64,000 bases of DNA, taken from the NCBI RefSeq assembly GCF_006345805.1, contig NC_043001.1, forward strand, positions 78,616,001-78,680,000, read 5' to 3'. This document shows positions 12,422-25,700 of the stretch, piece by piece (the stretch's first letter is position 1; each line of letters begins with the position of its first letter). Below the pieces are notes generated by a model. The model saw only the letters and a list, made by a program, of their open reading frames with translations, ran no database searches and was not told the origin of the DNA. Origin of the DNA: Octopus sinensis. Lineage: Eukaryota. The position numbers and the translations under genes were made by a program.

Positions 12422-14261
12422 GTGTGTGTGTCTCTATACGTGTATGTATGTAAGTGTGTATTTAAGAAGTGACTGATGAACTGATTAGTCACCGAAGCAT
12501 CTAAATTCCCAGCGAGGTAACATGTGGTAGGTGTTTAAAATTTTCTTTATGCGGTTTATTAGAATTCCATTCTTCCCGATATATCATAAAGAAAACAGTT
12601 AAGAAATCTTAAGATCAGTCTAGACAGCTTTTAAGAAATATATGATACCTGTCAGGCAATATCAGTTCCACAACTGGAACGAAAATCAATAAATTGAATA
12701 CATGAGTTTAAAATGTGAACTAGATTATACTTTTCTAAATGTCAAAAACACTTTGAATCTCATGATATTTTATAGAACGTCCAAACTTGTCACCAGGCCA
12801 GTCTTTTTATTGCGTTCCCATTTAAACTCTTTCTTTTTCTTTTACTTGGTACTGTATCGTTATGTGTCTGATAAAGGTAAATTTTTTTCATATTTCAAAT
12901 ATGATAAACAGAAACTGTAGTGGGAGAATAGAACTACAAAATACTATAAAACAATACGATAAAAAATGTATTTCATGTTAAATTTGTTATTATGCAATAG
13001 AATCTGCTCAGTAATAAAAAAACAACAATTTTCAGTAGGACATAATGTCTGTATGCTGTTTAAACGGCAGAAGCTAATGTTTTTGTTCGAGTCGTACAGT
13101 GTTAAAAATCACAATATACATGAGAAATGGGCAAAACGAGACATGTGCATTAAAAATGCTGTATTGATAATGTTTTTTTTATTATAGAGCTGAATATATT
13201 CCATAATTCGAATTTATTATGCTTCTGCGGCACTACCGTAAGCCAGCAGACATTTTATATAGAATCAATATATACCTCAGACTACTGGATAAGATTTTGT
13301 TTCAGAAGTGACGCGAATGTACTGTATTGATAAGGTGGAACCTCGGTGAAATACGTAGTAGTCGGTCTTGTAATCACTTCCGGATTCATTTTGTTTCGTT
13401 TATCATTGATGTATATTTGGCTTTTTAACACTCGACATCACTAAAGGGATTGTTCTCTGTCGAAAATCTTAGCTTCTGGCGATTAAACAATTCATACATT
13501 ATGTTGCATTGATAATGTTTGTAATTCGTGTTAATTCAAAGAAAATTGGAAAGCATTAAAATAAATGTAAAAAGGAAATGATTCATCTGTTAAAACCATA
13601 AAACACTTAATTTATACGACCACAGGTTATCTCTTAAATCATAAAATATGAACTAACTGAATAAACATTGCAGGATTTTCTTTATTAGAGTTACTTGATC
13701 AGCTAAATATGCCAACCAAAAAATCAGACAACAACGACAATGCTGTCTTGAAAAGGGGAACACACGCATTGGATAGTGTTAACAGTCCTAATAGACCTAG
13801 TACTATAGATGATATGAGTTTGGAATGTCTTTGTTAGTTTCAAGAGGTTAAATACACCGATAACCAGATCAATGCTATCCTAAAACAGCTTTTAAGTGAA
13901 CACCAGCAGATGGAAAATGAAAGTGGGGAAAACTGAAAACTACATGGCCCTGAGTATTCATAAACGGTATGAGGGAAGCAAATGTCAGAAGACCGGACGC
14001 GGAGAAAAGAGCAGCTAAGAGAAACTAGCGGATTGAATTTACTGCCCAATGTGCTTAAGAGCAAATGTGGAATTGACACTCAACTGAGTTAGGACTAAAT
14101 ATTGTTTCACGACAAAATAATATAAATAAGTAATGAACTTATTCAAGGCAGTGATATTTGATGGTAATATTTTGGCAGTCAAAGAGTGAAAACTGGGTCG
14201 ACAAAATCTTCCTAAGTGGATTTAGTAGAAGGGAACTGAAAAAATCCGTCGTATTCAATAG

Positions 14262-14538
14262 CCCAGTGGTCAGGGAAGCGGACTCGCGGTCAGAGGACCA
14301 CTGCTTCGATTCTCAGACCGGGAGTTGTGCGTGTTTATTGAGCCAAAACACCTAAAGCTCCAGGGGTGGTGGCGGCCCCTGTTGTACTCTTTCGCCCCAA
14401 CTTTCTCTCACTCTTTCTTCCTGTTTCTTGAGTAACGCTGCGATGCACTGGCGTCCCGTCCAGCTGGGGGGGGGGGCACATTAGCCATAGACACCGGGAA
14501 ACCGGGCCCATGAGCCTGGCTAGGCTTGATAAGGGCGC
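14262..14538 (+). mobile_element. tRNA-headed SINE, family B-like
   Basis: gcccagtggtcaggg..gcttcgattctc..gtgtttattgagc.aaaacacctaaag; similar to 56367. Confidence 0.75.
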
Positions 14539-14542
14539 AAAG

Positions 14543-14770
14543 GCGGTGAGCTGGCAGAAACGTTAGCGCGCCGGGCGAAATGCTTAGCGGTATTTCGCCT
14601 GTCGTTACGTTCTGAGTTCAAATTCCGCCGAGGTCGACTTTGCCTTTCATCCTCTCGGGTTCGTTAAATAAAGTACCAGTTTCGCACTTGGTCGATGTAA
14701 TCGACTTCATCCCTTTATCTGTCCTTGTTTGTCCCCTCTATGTTTAGCCCCTTGTGGGTAGTAAAGAAAT
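14543..14770 (+). mobile_element. SINE family C, directly abutting the family B copy
   Basis: gagctggcagaaacgttagc..gagttcaaattccgccgaggtcgactttgcc. Confidence 0.85.
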
Positions 14771-15707
14771 ATATATATATATATATATATATATCAATAC
14801 GCGCACGTGCACATACATATTTATATGTGTATGTGTGTGAATGTGCGTGTGCGTGTATATATGTATATATCTATGAATTTGTATTTGCGGCCAACACCGA
14901 CGTTAGACAAACGTGTTAGTTTGTTTACGCCATGTAACCAAACCGTTTGCCAAAAGGTAGCAATATAATGATTAACAGATTTTCAAAAAAATACGTCAGG
15001 CGATTCGTTCAACTAAAACCCTTCAACGAGCTGCTCTAGCATGGGCGCTGTTCATTGGCTAAAACAAGTAAAAGATTAAAGATAGAAGTGAAGAAATATA
15101 AGCGTGTACTATTCCAATTGATGCAAAGAAGACGAAACGAATATTTTTGTATCTCGTCAAATCTATATAAAGAAAACTATTCCGTGTTTCCCCGAGAAAT
15201 TTTGTAAATTTAATCTTTTATCGGTTGCTTTTTTCATTCATTTAATTGCGGCACCATGAATGAATTCAGTTGAATAGATTGCCTTCAGGAGTTTTTTTTT
15301 AAGCCTAGTACTTATTCTATAGGTCTCTTTTGCCTATATATATATATGTGTATGTGTGTATATGTTTGTGTGTATGTGTTTGTCCCCCCAACATCGTTCG
15401 ACAACCTGTTTACGGCCCCGTAACTTGGCGGTTCGGCTTAAGAGACGATAGAATAAGTACTGGGCTTACAAAGAATCTATCCTGGGGTCGATTTGCACGA
15501 CTAAAGGGGGTGCTCTAACATGGCTTTACAAGTATCATTTCCCCTACAATACTTTTAAAGAGGTCATTGGCCAACAGGTCTTAGGGTCTGAAGATAAGCC
15601 ATAGAGTTATCCGCGAGAAGAAACACAGGGTAACCCTATAAACCGGCCTCTACCATTAATAAATATAGATAAATGTAGATAAATAATTATAAGTAAAAGA
15701 AAAAAAA

Positions 15708-15755
<48 letters not shown>

Positions 15756-16011
15756 GAACGTATACATATGTATAGAAGGAGGAAAGAGAGATACACACTT
15801 GTGCGTAACCTATTCCCCGTGAATTAAAGCAGGTATACGCGATGTAGTTTCTGCATACTACAACATTGCATATATGTATGAATGGTTGGATATATAAATA
15901 TATATGTATATATATATCTGTGTGTGAGTGAATGAGCGTGTGCATATCTGTGTTTGTGTGTGTGTTTATATATATATATATACCTACATACATACATACA
16001 CACACACACAT

Positions 16012-16063
<52 letters not shown>

Positions 16064-16329
16064 GTATATAACAATCTCTTTATGTTGTGTGTCTATCTCA
16101 TTGTATACATTGAAAGCATTCACTCAGATACCTAATACAGTCAAGGTGACTGTAGATAAAAAGAAGACTTCGAACTGTTAAAACCATTATATCGTCCATT
16201 TACATGGTAATGGTCTTTTTTCATTCCGCTATTTAAGTGTAGAACATGTGTCTATTTGCTGTATTAGGTGAAAGTTGGGATGAAAGGGAGTGAGGAGAAG
16301 CTTCACTCCATGGGAAAAAAATGGTGTGC

Positions 16330-16367
<38 letters not shown>

Positions 16368-16375
16368 TATATATA

Positions 16376-16416
<41 letters not shown>

Positions 16417-16756
16417 GCGTGTGTGTATGTGCATGTGACTATGTGTGTATCAATGTATATATATGAGGAAGATTAAAGAAGAGAAAACATAAAAGAATAA
16501 TAAAATATATGAAAATTTTCGGCTTATGTATATATGAGTGTTTATAGATATGCTCTATATACATATGATATACATACATATATATATGTGTGTGTGTGTG
16601 TGTTTGTGTGTGTACACAAGAATTTCAGTAATTATATATTAAGTATGCATGAATCTCACAGACATTCTGTATACTCTTTGCCATGTATGTAATGCAATTT
16701 ACCATATATTATACATACATTACTAAATAAAGCATGCATCACCCACACACCATACA

Positions 16757-16795
<39 letters not shown>

Positions 16796-16980
16796 CTGTA
16801 AATTTGTGCGTGTGCGTGTGTGTGTATAAATGCAGTTGTGACTTCTGTGTGCAGCCGAACGCTTATACACATAAATGCATGCATACATATGTGTGTGTGT
16901 ATAATATATATACATATATTTAGATGCATATTGATAGTTATATGAATCTATGAATATATGTGTATATATATATATATATA

Positions 16981-17034
<54 letters not shown>

Positions 17035-18011
17035 ATATACATACGTATATAATACATATATATATGTATTGATATATTGATATATGCCTACATACATATG
17101 TAAACATGCATGTAATGAATATTTTTTAGTATTTTTTTCGCCTTTATCTCTTGTTTGGTATACCCATTTACAAAATTAAATATTTACTAAAATGACTATT
17201 TTTTATTCTTGTTGAATTTTTTTATATATATAAATTTCTAAGCCGATATTTTAAAGATGGCTATCAAGAGAAAAATTTCATTGGTGGCATTATTTTATAT
17301 TGTAGTTATTTTTGTCGTTGTTGTTATATTTAGATGTTTGTGCTGGTAATGTTCGTATTTTTTAAAACTTTCTTGTCGTTATTAACATTGCTATAGCTCT
17401 TGTTTCTGCTCTCTCTTTTTCCTAGTAATATTGTTATTGTCGCTGGTTTGTTTATTATGGTGTTGGTGGTTTTAATTAAAAGGAAACAACCACAATCATA
17501 AACACACACACGAGCCTACCCGAATGCACAAAAACACCCACAAACGCACACAAAAACAAACATATATGCATGTATTGTTTTCTAAGGTTTTTCTTCTTCT
17601 TACTATGTCTCTATTCTTCAGTATCTCATGTTGTTCTTGCGAATATTTGAATATTATTTCTTTTACTTCAATAAATTTTAAAAGCGTGTGTACATTTTTT
17701 TACTTTTTTTTAATGTGCTTCCATTTGTTTGTTTATATTTTTTGCTTGTTCTGTTCCTCGTTCATTGTTTTCATCTGATATTGACAGGGCAGGTTGTTTT
17801 ACAGCATCTAACAAGACAATGATCAACTGAAGCAACAATGTTATACACACGTATACGCCCACGTATACATATATATATACATACATATATATAATATAAT
17901 GCAAACATATATATATATATATATATATGTAAGTATGTGTGTGTACATGTAAATATCTTTATATACAAATCAGTATATATGTAATATACATCTAAGTACA
18001 CACACACACAC

Positions 18012-18105
<94 letters not shown>

Positions 18106-18379
18106 TGCTTAGATATATATATATATATATATATACATACACATATATATATATATAAAATGATGATTGTTTACTCCGTGCTTTCGCCGATACTGGCTTC
18201 TCAAAAACAGTTCTGAGAAACCAATATCGATGAATTTTCGAAGTAAACATCGCAATTAATAATAAATATATATTTCGAATCTACAGCAGCTATTGAGTCT
18301 ATTATTCAGCGCATGTTTATTATGCTTAAGTAAATACACCTTTGTAAGTATCGCTTCGGCTGTTTGACTATCTCTATAT

Positions 18380-18660
<281 letters not shown>

Positions 18661-18811
18661 GCTGTGTATCTCTATCTATTCAATACTCCCCTGTGGTGTT
18701 GATTAGTAAGGATATTAGACAACATTAATATCTTTAATCTTACCCATCTAGATGTAATGCCACGGCTTATTTCCCTTCATCTAAAGTCAACGTTATATAA
18801 TATATATATCT

Positions 18812-18868
<57 letters not shown>

Positions 18869-19334
18869 TATATATATATTTACGATCGTTTATTTTCTGT
18901 ATTTTTAGAAATAAATATATCACTTTTCTGGTGTCATCCTAATGAAATCTACTAGTTAACTTTTTAATTATTTAACAATATTCACTTCCATTTCTTAGAC
19001 TATCGTTTTGTTATTTTATATTAATTTTATTAATATTATCTTCCCTAAATATTAACATTGTATTTAGATATTGACTTTGCATACATGAAATGTTACCTCG
19101 AGATTTTAGTATTTAGCTAGGATTTTCTTTCACGTGAGGACATTTATGTAAGTAATTTATTACTTATTAAATATAATAAAATAAATTATCTTTGCATGCT
19201 TTTAGTTACGAAACAGTTTGTCGTGATATTTGAATAGAAAACAGGAGAAGTAACACAAAGATCGACCCTTCATCAGATGTCGGCTGCCTATTTACTCCTC
19301 ATTTCGGGCATTTACCGGCAATATATCGACACAC

Positions 19335-19396
<62 letters not shown>

Positions 19397-19405
19397 TACG
19401 TAAGG

Positions 19406-19684
19406 GATCGTGTGTTAGGCCAGAAGAATGCGAAGTAAATATAAGGCAAATCACATTAAAACAAATATATGAATTAATGTAGACTTTCCTTGCATTCAAT
19501 TTTTCGGGGTGTTGACTCCATTCCAAGAAATTATGGTACATCAGCCACAATTCTTTAATTTCTTGAAAATGGGGCCATATCCGCGAAATGCTGAATGCAA
19601 TGTAAGTCTACATTAATTCATATATTTGTTTACCTGTGTCTTGTCTTGCATTTACTTCGCATTATTTTGGCCTTACCCACGATC
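19406..19684. mobile_element. MITE-like imperfect inverted repeat
   Basis: Arms about 19406-19498 and 19592-19684 (e.g. acaaatatatgaattaatgtagactt / aagtctacattaattcatatatttgt). Confidence 0.6.
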
Positions 19685-20531
19685 TCGATACAGACGACAT
19701 TGCACCGTGAGAGAGTGATGCAGGATGTATCGAAACGATAGCTGCAATAAATATAAAGTTTCCAGTATACTCTATCTTCTGTATTCATTGTTTCTACTAT
19801 ATATATATATATGTAACTCTAACTATCTATCTGTCTACCTACACACACACGCGCGCGCACACACATATATTCACACGATCCAGTGTCTTGAACCTTTGAT
19901 GTCCTGATTCGTCAGTTTTTCAGTCCTTCACAACGTGTGAATTTCATGTTTTGTGATGCATTACAGTTTTTGTTGAATTGCTGTTTATCTGTTGGCTCTT
20001 AATATAGAGCATTCTATCCATAGTATGTGTACATCAGTAAATGAGTCCAAGGCGACATTAGAGTGGTACTTTATGTGGCAAATATATCTTTTACTGCTGT
20101 GAATGTTACCAATGTGAATTATATCATTACTTTATTTCACTGTTTACAAGATATTATCTTGAATTTAATTGGAAGTATTTCACTAGTTTGATGCAAACGC
20201 TCCCGAGACAGACTCTGGTTCTATGATACAAACTTCTTGTTTTGATGTAATCTAAATTAAAATCTTCCGCCAACGTTACATGTTAATTTATGCTCCAAAC
20301 ATTTGTTCAATAATGACAAAATTATTTTAATAAATTCGTCGCTATTTTCAAAATTAATTGAAATAGAAGTTGTGTATTTCAACAGAAATACAGCAAGAAA
20401 AGTGTTAAATATTGTACGATCCATCAAGAAGTGATTTGTGATTCGCATAAGACTGCATCTTCTACGTTACAAATGTCTTGCTTTAAATAATCTGCATTAG
20501 AATCTTCTATAAGAATCTTATATTAATATAT

Positions 20532-20695
20532 AGGCGTAGGAGCGGCTGTGTGGTAAGTAGCTTGCTTACCCACCACATGGTTCCAGGTTCAGGCTCACTG
20601 TGTGGCACCTTAGGCAAGTGTTTTCTACTATAGCCTCCGGCCGACCAAAGTCTTGTGAGTGGATTTGGTAGACGGAAACTGAAAGAAGCCCGTCG

Positions 20696-20727
<32 letters not shown>

Positions 20728-22070
20728 ATATATCATATATATATATATATTTCAACAATTGAGGGTAAAATTAATTAATTAATAAATTTCACCAAGTTTC
20801 AGTATGCAAAGGGACCATTTAAGGCGAATTCAAATTATTACATTATATAAAAGGGCTTAGTAAAATAAATTACTTTGCCGCATACTGAACTCATTAGAAA
20901 TAGCAGCTAAAAAAACTTTCTTAAAAACTATTTCTAATACTTAAAGAAAACCTCTCTCATATAGTGTTTGCTCAACTCAACTCACGCAAATATGGGGGTA
21001 GAGACATTAAAAAATCAAGTGCAAAGGTCATTTGAGAACGTACGTTTCAAGATTAGTCAAAGTCGACATTTCTATCATCAGCTCAGAACTCCCTGGTTTG
21101 GATTTGAAAACACTGAAAGTGGGAGCATACCCTTTCGGCTTCCTCTCGCTTCTGAAGATCTGCTCGTAACTAACAGTGCCAACAAACTCAAAAATGCAAG
21201 CGAAGAATTTCTGCTCTCCCCTTTCCACCAGCGTGGGTTAAAATCAGCAAACACTATGCAAGCGAAGAATGGTCCCTTTGCATACTGAATACTTGGTGAA
21301 ATTGATTAATTAATTAATTTTCCCCTCAATTGTTGAAATTATAATTCATCTCTCTCTATATAATGCCGCGATTTTACCGCGAAAAAGCATAGTGTTTGCT
21401 GATTTTAACCCACGCTGGTGGAAAGGGGAGAGCAGAAATTCTTCGCTTGCATTTTTGAGTTTGTTGGCACTGTTAGTTACGAGCAGATCTTCAGAAGCGA
21501 GAGGAAGCCGAAAGGGTATGCTCCCACTTTCAGTGTTTTCAAATCCAAACCAGGGAGTTCTGAGCTGATGATAGAAATGTCGACTTTGACTAATCTTGAA
21601 ACGTACGTTCTCAAATAACCTTTGCACTTGATTTTTTAATGTCTCTACCCCCATATTTGCGTGAGTTGAGTTGAGCAAACACTATATGAGAGAGGTTTTC
21701 TTTAAGTATTAGAAATAGTTTTAAGAAAGTTTTTTTAGCTGCTATTTCTTGAGTTCAGTATGCGGCAAAGTAATTTATTTTACTAAGCCCTTTTATATAA
21801 TGTAATAATTTTATATTATATATAGATATATATAATATTATGTATGTGTGTGTATATGTTTGTATGTCTGTGTTTGTCCCCCCAACATCGCTTGACAACC
21901 GATACTGGTGTGTTTACGTCCCCGTAACTTAGCGGTCCGGCAAAAGAGACCGATAGAATAAGTACTAGGCTTACAAAGAATAAGTCCTGGGGTCGAATTG
22001 CTCGACTAAAGGCGGTGCTCCAGCATGGCTACAGTCAAATGAGTGAAACAAGTAAAAGAGTAAAAGAGTA
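20532..22070 (+). mobile_element. SINE family A split by a 1.06-kb insertion in its central (TA)n
   Basis: 5' half 20532-20700; 3' half resumes about 21840 (tgtttgtccccccaacatcg) and ends at aagtaaaagagtaaaagag. Confidence 0.85.
20750..21811. mobile_element. Interleaved inverted duplication (A-B-A'-C-B'), probable PLE terminal repeats
   Basis: A 20750-20819 versus A' 21268-21338; B 20832-21259 versus B' 21387-21811; ORFs 20968(+) and 21346(-) are near-identical mirror translations. Confidence 0.8.
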
Positions 22071-22412
22071 TATGTTCCAAACACCCGCTTGATAATAACA
22101 TAGTTATTTTACTTAATTCCTTTTGAAAAATTATCGAATCAATGACCGTGTAATTCAATAAAAATACAAGAAACTACAGTGTTCCAGTATGGCCACAGCC
22201 TTTAGGTTGTAGCACATAGAAGAATGAAAAGATAAATGTGTTTAAATATTGTTTATCTTCATGGACATCTCGGATATTAGCATAATATTTTATATTCTCC
22301 TGTTTATGCATTCAGTTAAGTGTTGATTTGAAAGGTAAACCTAGTCTTCGGTGCTTCCAACTATGTTAGATAAGTATTACAAGAAACCTTCACTTACAGA
22401 GAAACTACTTAC

Positions 22413-22704
22413 TTGGGACCAGTTCAAATATTTTTGAGAAATATTCGATCCTGTAAAGGGCGGTTCGCTGCAGTTTGTCGTAGAGAAAAAAGTCAGGTTT
22501 AAGGCATAAAACAATAAAAAAGATTAAAAAATCAATGCATGAAATAGTTCTCGGCAAAAAATACTACGAGAAACAATTCTAAGGTGACTAGAAAGCCTTG
22601 CTTCTTTTATAAGAGTTTCACTCCGTATCTAGTGTTGAAGAGAACTAACGAGTCCGAAATGCATCTATCAGTCTGTAGTGACGCCTGGTTCCAGACGCCA
22701 TTTT
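22413..22704 (-). other. Candidate first exon of a leftward transcript
   Basis: Starts near the YY1-like site; donor CAA|GTAAGT at 22412 with a second GTAAGT donor at 22397; 18-aa ORF MASGTRRHYRLIDAFRTR* at 22701-22645. Confidence 0.3.
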
Positions 22705-22770
22705 GTGGTTTTCATCCACGCATGCGCAGAGATTAGAAGGCTTGACGGAAGCCCCTTATGCACATGCGCA
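22696..22770. promoter_or_regulatory. Candidate bidirectional core promoter
   Basis: CpG-rich relative to flanks; YY1-like CGCCATTTT (22696), NRF1-like ACGCATGCGCA (22718) and TGCACATGCGCA (22759), ETS-like ACGGAAGC (22745). Confidence 0.5.
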
Positions 22771-22789
22771 GTCATTAGCAGCAGCTAGG

Positions 22790-23053
22790 CTTGACGCTAT
22801 TCTCTCTCTTCGCCACTGCTGTCGACCGAGCCAGACGCACCTAGACCAGCTCTGAGTGACTGGAATTCTGAAGGCGATCCACGACTTTGGCGAATCTGTG
22901 AAGAATTTAATTGTGATTAAACCGACTCTGCTGCTCCCCCCCCCGGCATCCAGGCTCCCGATGTCCAGAGATAAAATGCTTATTTCGGCGAAATAAATTA
23001 TTATTGTTATTTGTTCGGAGATCCCGCTATTTTCCTTTCCACGACTATATAAG
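22790..23053 (+). other. Candidate first (5'UTR) exon of a rightward transcript
   Basis: GC-rich unique sequence ending at donor AAG|GTATTG (23054); short ORF MSRDKMLISAK* at 22961-22996. The start coordinate is a guess. Confidence 0.3.
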
Positions 23054-24669
23054 GTATTGTGAGGCACCTATCCAGTGCCAACCTCACTTCCTATAAGTCC
23101 AATAAACTACACTCTGAGCTGCCTATAGTGTTTTAACACCTTTTGCTCTTAAGCGAATAATCTTTTCTTCACGAAAAAACTGTCGTGAGAAGTCTTTATA
23201 AGTTCAAATGTCTTTCAAACACATTTGTATTGTTTCTGTCACTGTTTTGTACACCTACTTACGAACAATTATTCTTGTTTTCTGAAATGTATCAATATAT
23301 CTCTTTATAGATAAGCTGTCAATGTTTTTACAGTTGTGCTGGTCACGTGTCAATCCATTTTTACCACATATAGATACGCTCATGTACTTACATCTTAGCT
23401 GTCATAGCGTTTTTAATTCAATAATCTAAATCAGTTTAAATCATTAGCTTCTTTAGTTTACTTCAGAACAAGTTTATTCCTAGGCATCATCGCTACTGTA
23501 TCAAGTACTAACTGTATTTCTATTTTTATATTGTATTTTAGTTCTACGCATCTCTTCTTTCAACCAGTCTATCTCCTGCAGCTTCATATTTATGTAGGAT
23601 TATTTCAACTTTTCTGTTAATCCTACTGCTCTCAGAATTATTGGTGTTAGTATAATGCTAGTATTTTATTATGTCTGCGGTGTTTCAGGTAGCGAGCTGG
23701 CAGGACTGTTGCCGTGTTGGACTAAACTGAAGTATTTCTTCTATTTTTTTTTTTTTTTTTTTTGTCTTTATTTATGCTCTGAACTCCAATTCTGTCGAGT
23801 TTGTTCTTTATCCTTTCGGGATCGATAAAATACTTACAAGTTAAGCACTGAAGGAAATGTGATAGACTTGCTCTTCCCTAAAAATCTGCTGGAACCATTA
23901 AAGGTGACGAATAGGTAGAATAGAGTTGCACCCTTCGTCAAATACAAGGCAACATTTCTTCCAAATTTCACGTTCTGAGTTCAAATTCTACCGGGATGGA
24001 TTTTGCCCTTCATTCTTTCGAGGTCGATAATATAAGTTCCATCTGGGCACTGAAGTCTACATAACCGACCTGTTTCTTTCTTAAAATTGCAAGCCGCCTG
24101 CACTGTGTCACATTGCAATTTTCAATATGAAATAAGAATGTCTTTTTCCCATATTCATACCTAATTATATAGCCATCTTTACTGTATTTTATATTTAATC
24201 ACCGTATAAGACCTATTATCAATGGCATTCTATTTATTCCTGTTTCGGAGAATTTGTAATGATGTTTCCTAACCATGGCTTCGCCACATATTATTCACAC
24301 ATGTTTGGAAGACATGTATTTTCGTTTATGTGGTCCTTAACCCTCTAGCATTCAGATTACTCTGCCAAATGTAAAGCCTTTTTAATTACATTGTTTTAAA
24401 TTAATTGTACAGCATCTTGTAATTCTGAGATTTTGATGATGTCCCTGTTTCTTTTTAGAATGACTTTGTAGGATAGGTGTGAGAGGTCAGAGTTGGCTGG
24501 TTTGAGTATAAAACAGGGAGACAAATTTGGCCTGATATGGTCGGTTTAAACACTAAAGTGTTAAATATAGCGATTCGTAGAGTTTGTTTTATACCGCTTT
24601 CATTTTTTATATAAATTATTGATTCCCACTGTGAGGTAATCTTGCTAACACAGACTTATTTTACTGTAC

Positions 24670-25700
24670 TTCCAACTAGACTCCCTCACATTTCTCCTTC
24701 TGTTGTTCTTGTTCTTGTTCTTGTTGTTCTTCTACTTCTACTTCTTCTTCGTCCTCCTCCTGCTCCTCTTCCTCTTTCTTCTCTTTTATTGCTTCTTTTC
24801 TTTTATCTCTTATTCTTTTCTTCGTTCTTCTCGTCTTCTTCTTCTTCTTCTTCTTCGTTTTCCAAGTCCTCCTCCTGCTCCTCTTCCTCTTTTTATTCTT
24901 CTTCTTTTCTTCTTCTTCCACGTCCTCCACTTCTTTTTCATTTTCTACGTCCTCCTTCTCATCTTCTTTTTCTTCTTCCACGTTCTCCTCCTTCTCCTCT
25001 TCCTTTTCTTCTTTTTCTTCCTCCTCCTCCCCCTCTTCTTCTTCTTCTTCTTCTTCTTCTTCTCCCTCTTCTTTTTCTTCTTCCGCTTCCGCTTCCTCCT
25101 CCTCTCCTTCCTCTTCTTCTTCTTCTTCCTCCTCCTTCTCCTCATCTTCCACTTCTTCCTCCTCTCCTCTTTCTTCTTCTTTTTTCTTCTTCTTCCTCCC
25201 CCTCCCCTTCTCTTCCTCTTCTTCTTCTTCCTCCTCTCCTCCTCCTCCGCCTCGTCGTCGGCGTCGACGCCATCATCATCATCGTTGTTCTCGTCGTCAT
25301 TGTTGCTGTTATTGTCGTCGTGGTCGTTTCATTAACATCATTATCATCATTGTCATTAGCATTATCATCCTCCTCATCATCATCAACATCATCATGATTA
25401 ATTATGATCATGATCGTCGTAAAAATCGCTGTCTCGAGCATTATTATCATCATAGTGGTCGACGTTCTCACAGCCGCTGCCCCATCTATCACCAACACAA
25501 CCGCCGCCGCCGCCAAAACCACCACCACAACCTCCTCCTCGTACTTCTTTTCATAGTCGTCCTCATCGTCGTTGTTCCCACCCTTTTCCTTTCTATTCCT
25601 CATTTCCATCTTTTATCTTCCCCATCCTCCACAGCACCACCACTACCATGAGCAACACCACTATCACCCCCCCCCCCACCACCATCGTTAATATTAAAAA
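24670..25700. repeat. Pyrimidine-rich (CTT/CCT)n tract followed by (CAT/CGT/CAC)n low-complexity sequence
   Basis: Direct reading. Confidence 0.9.

Noticed and set aside
13840-14090. Coding-like plus frame (QEVKYTDNQINAILKQLL...)
   Set aside because: Three in-frame stops and no recognisable motif; possibly a decayed TE ORF but unsupported.
19260-19290. CTGATGAAGGG hammerhead start on the minus strand
   Set aside because: No matching helix II closure or GAAA segment follows.
20968-21678. Apparent pair of duplicated genes (MLNSTHANMG... and MERGEQKFF...)
   Set aside because: These are mirror translations of one inverted repeat with no recognisable protein motif.
24642-25609. Long E/K-rich, L/P-rich and F-rich ORFs (158-251 aa)
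   Set aside because: Nearly all frames are open because the (CTT/CCT)n tract lacks stops; no splice or start context supports coding.
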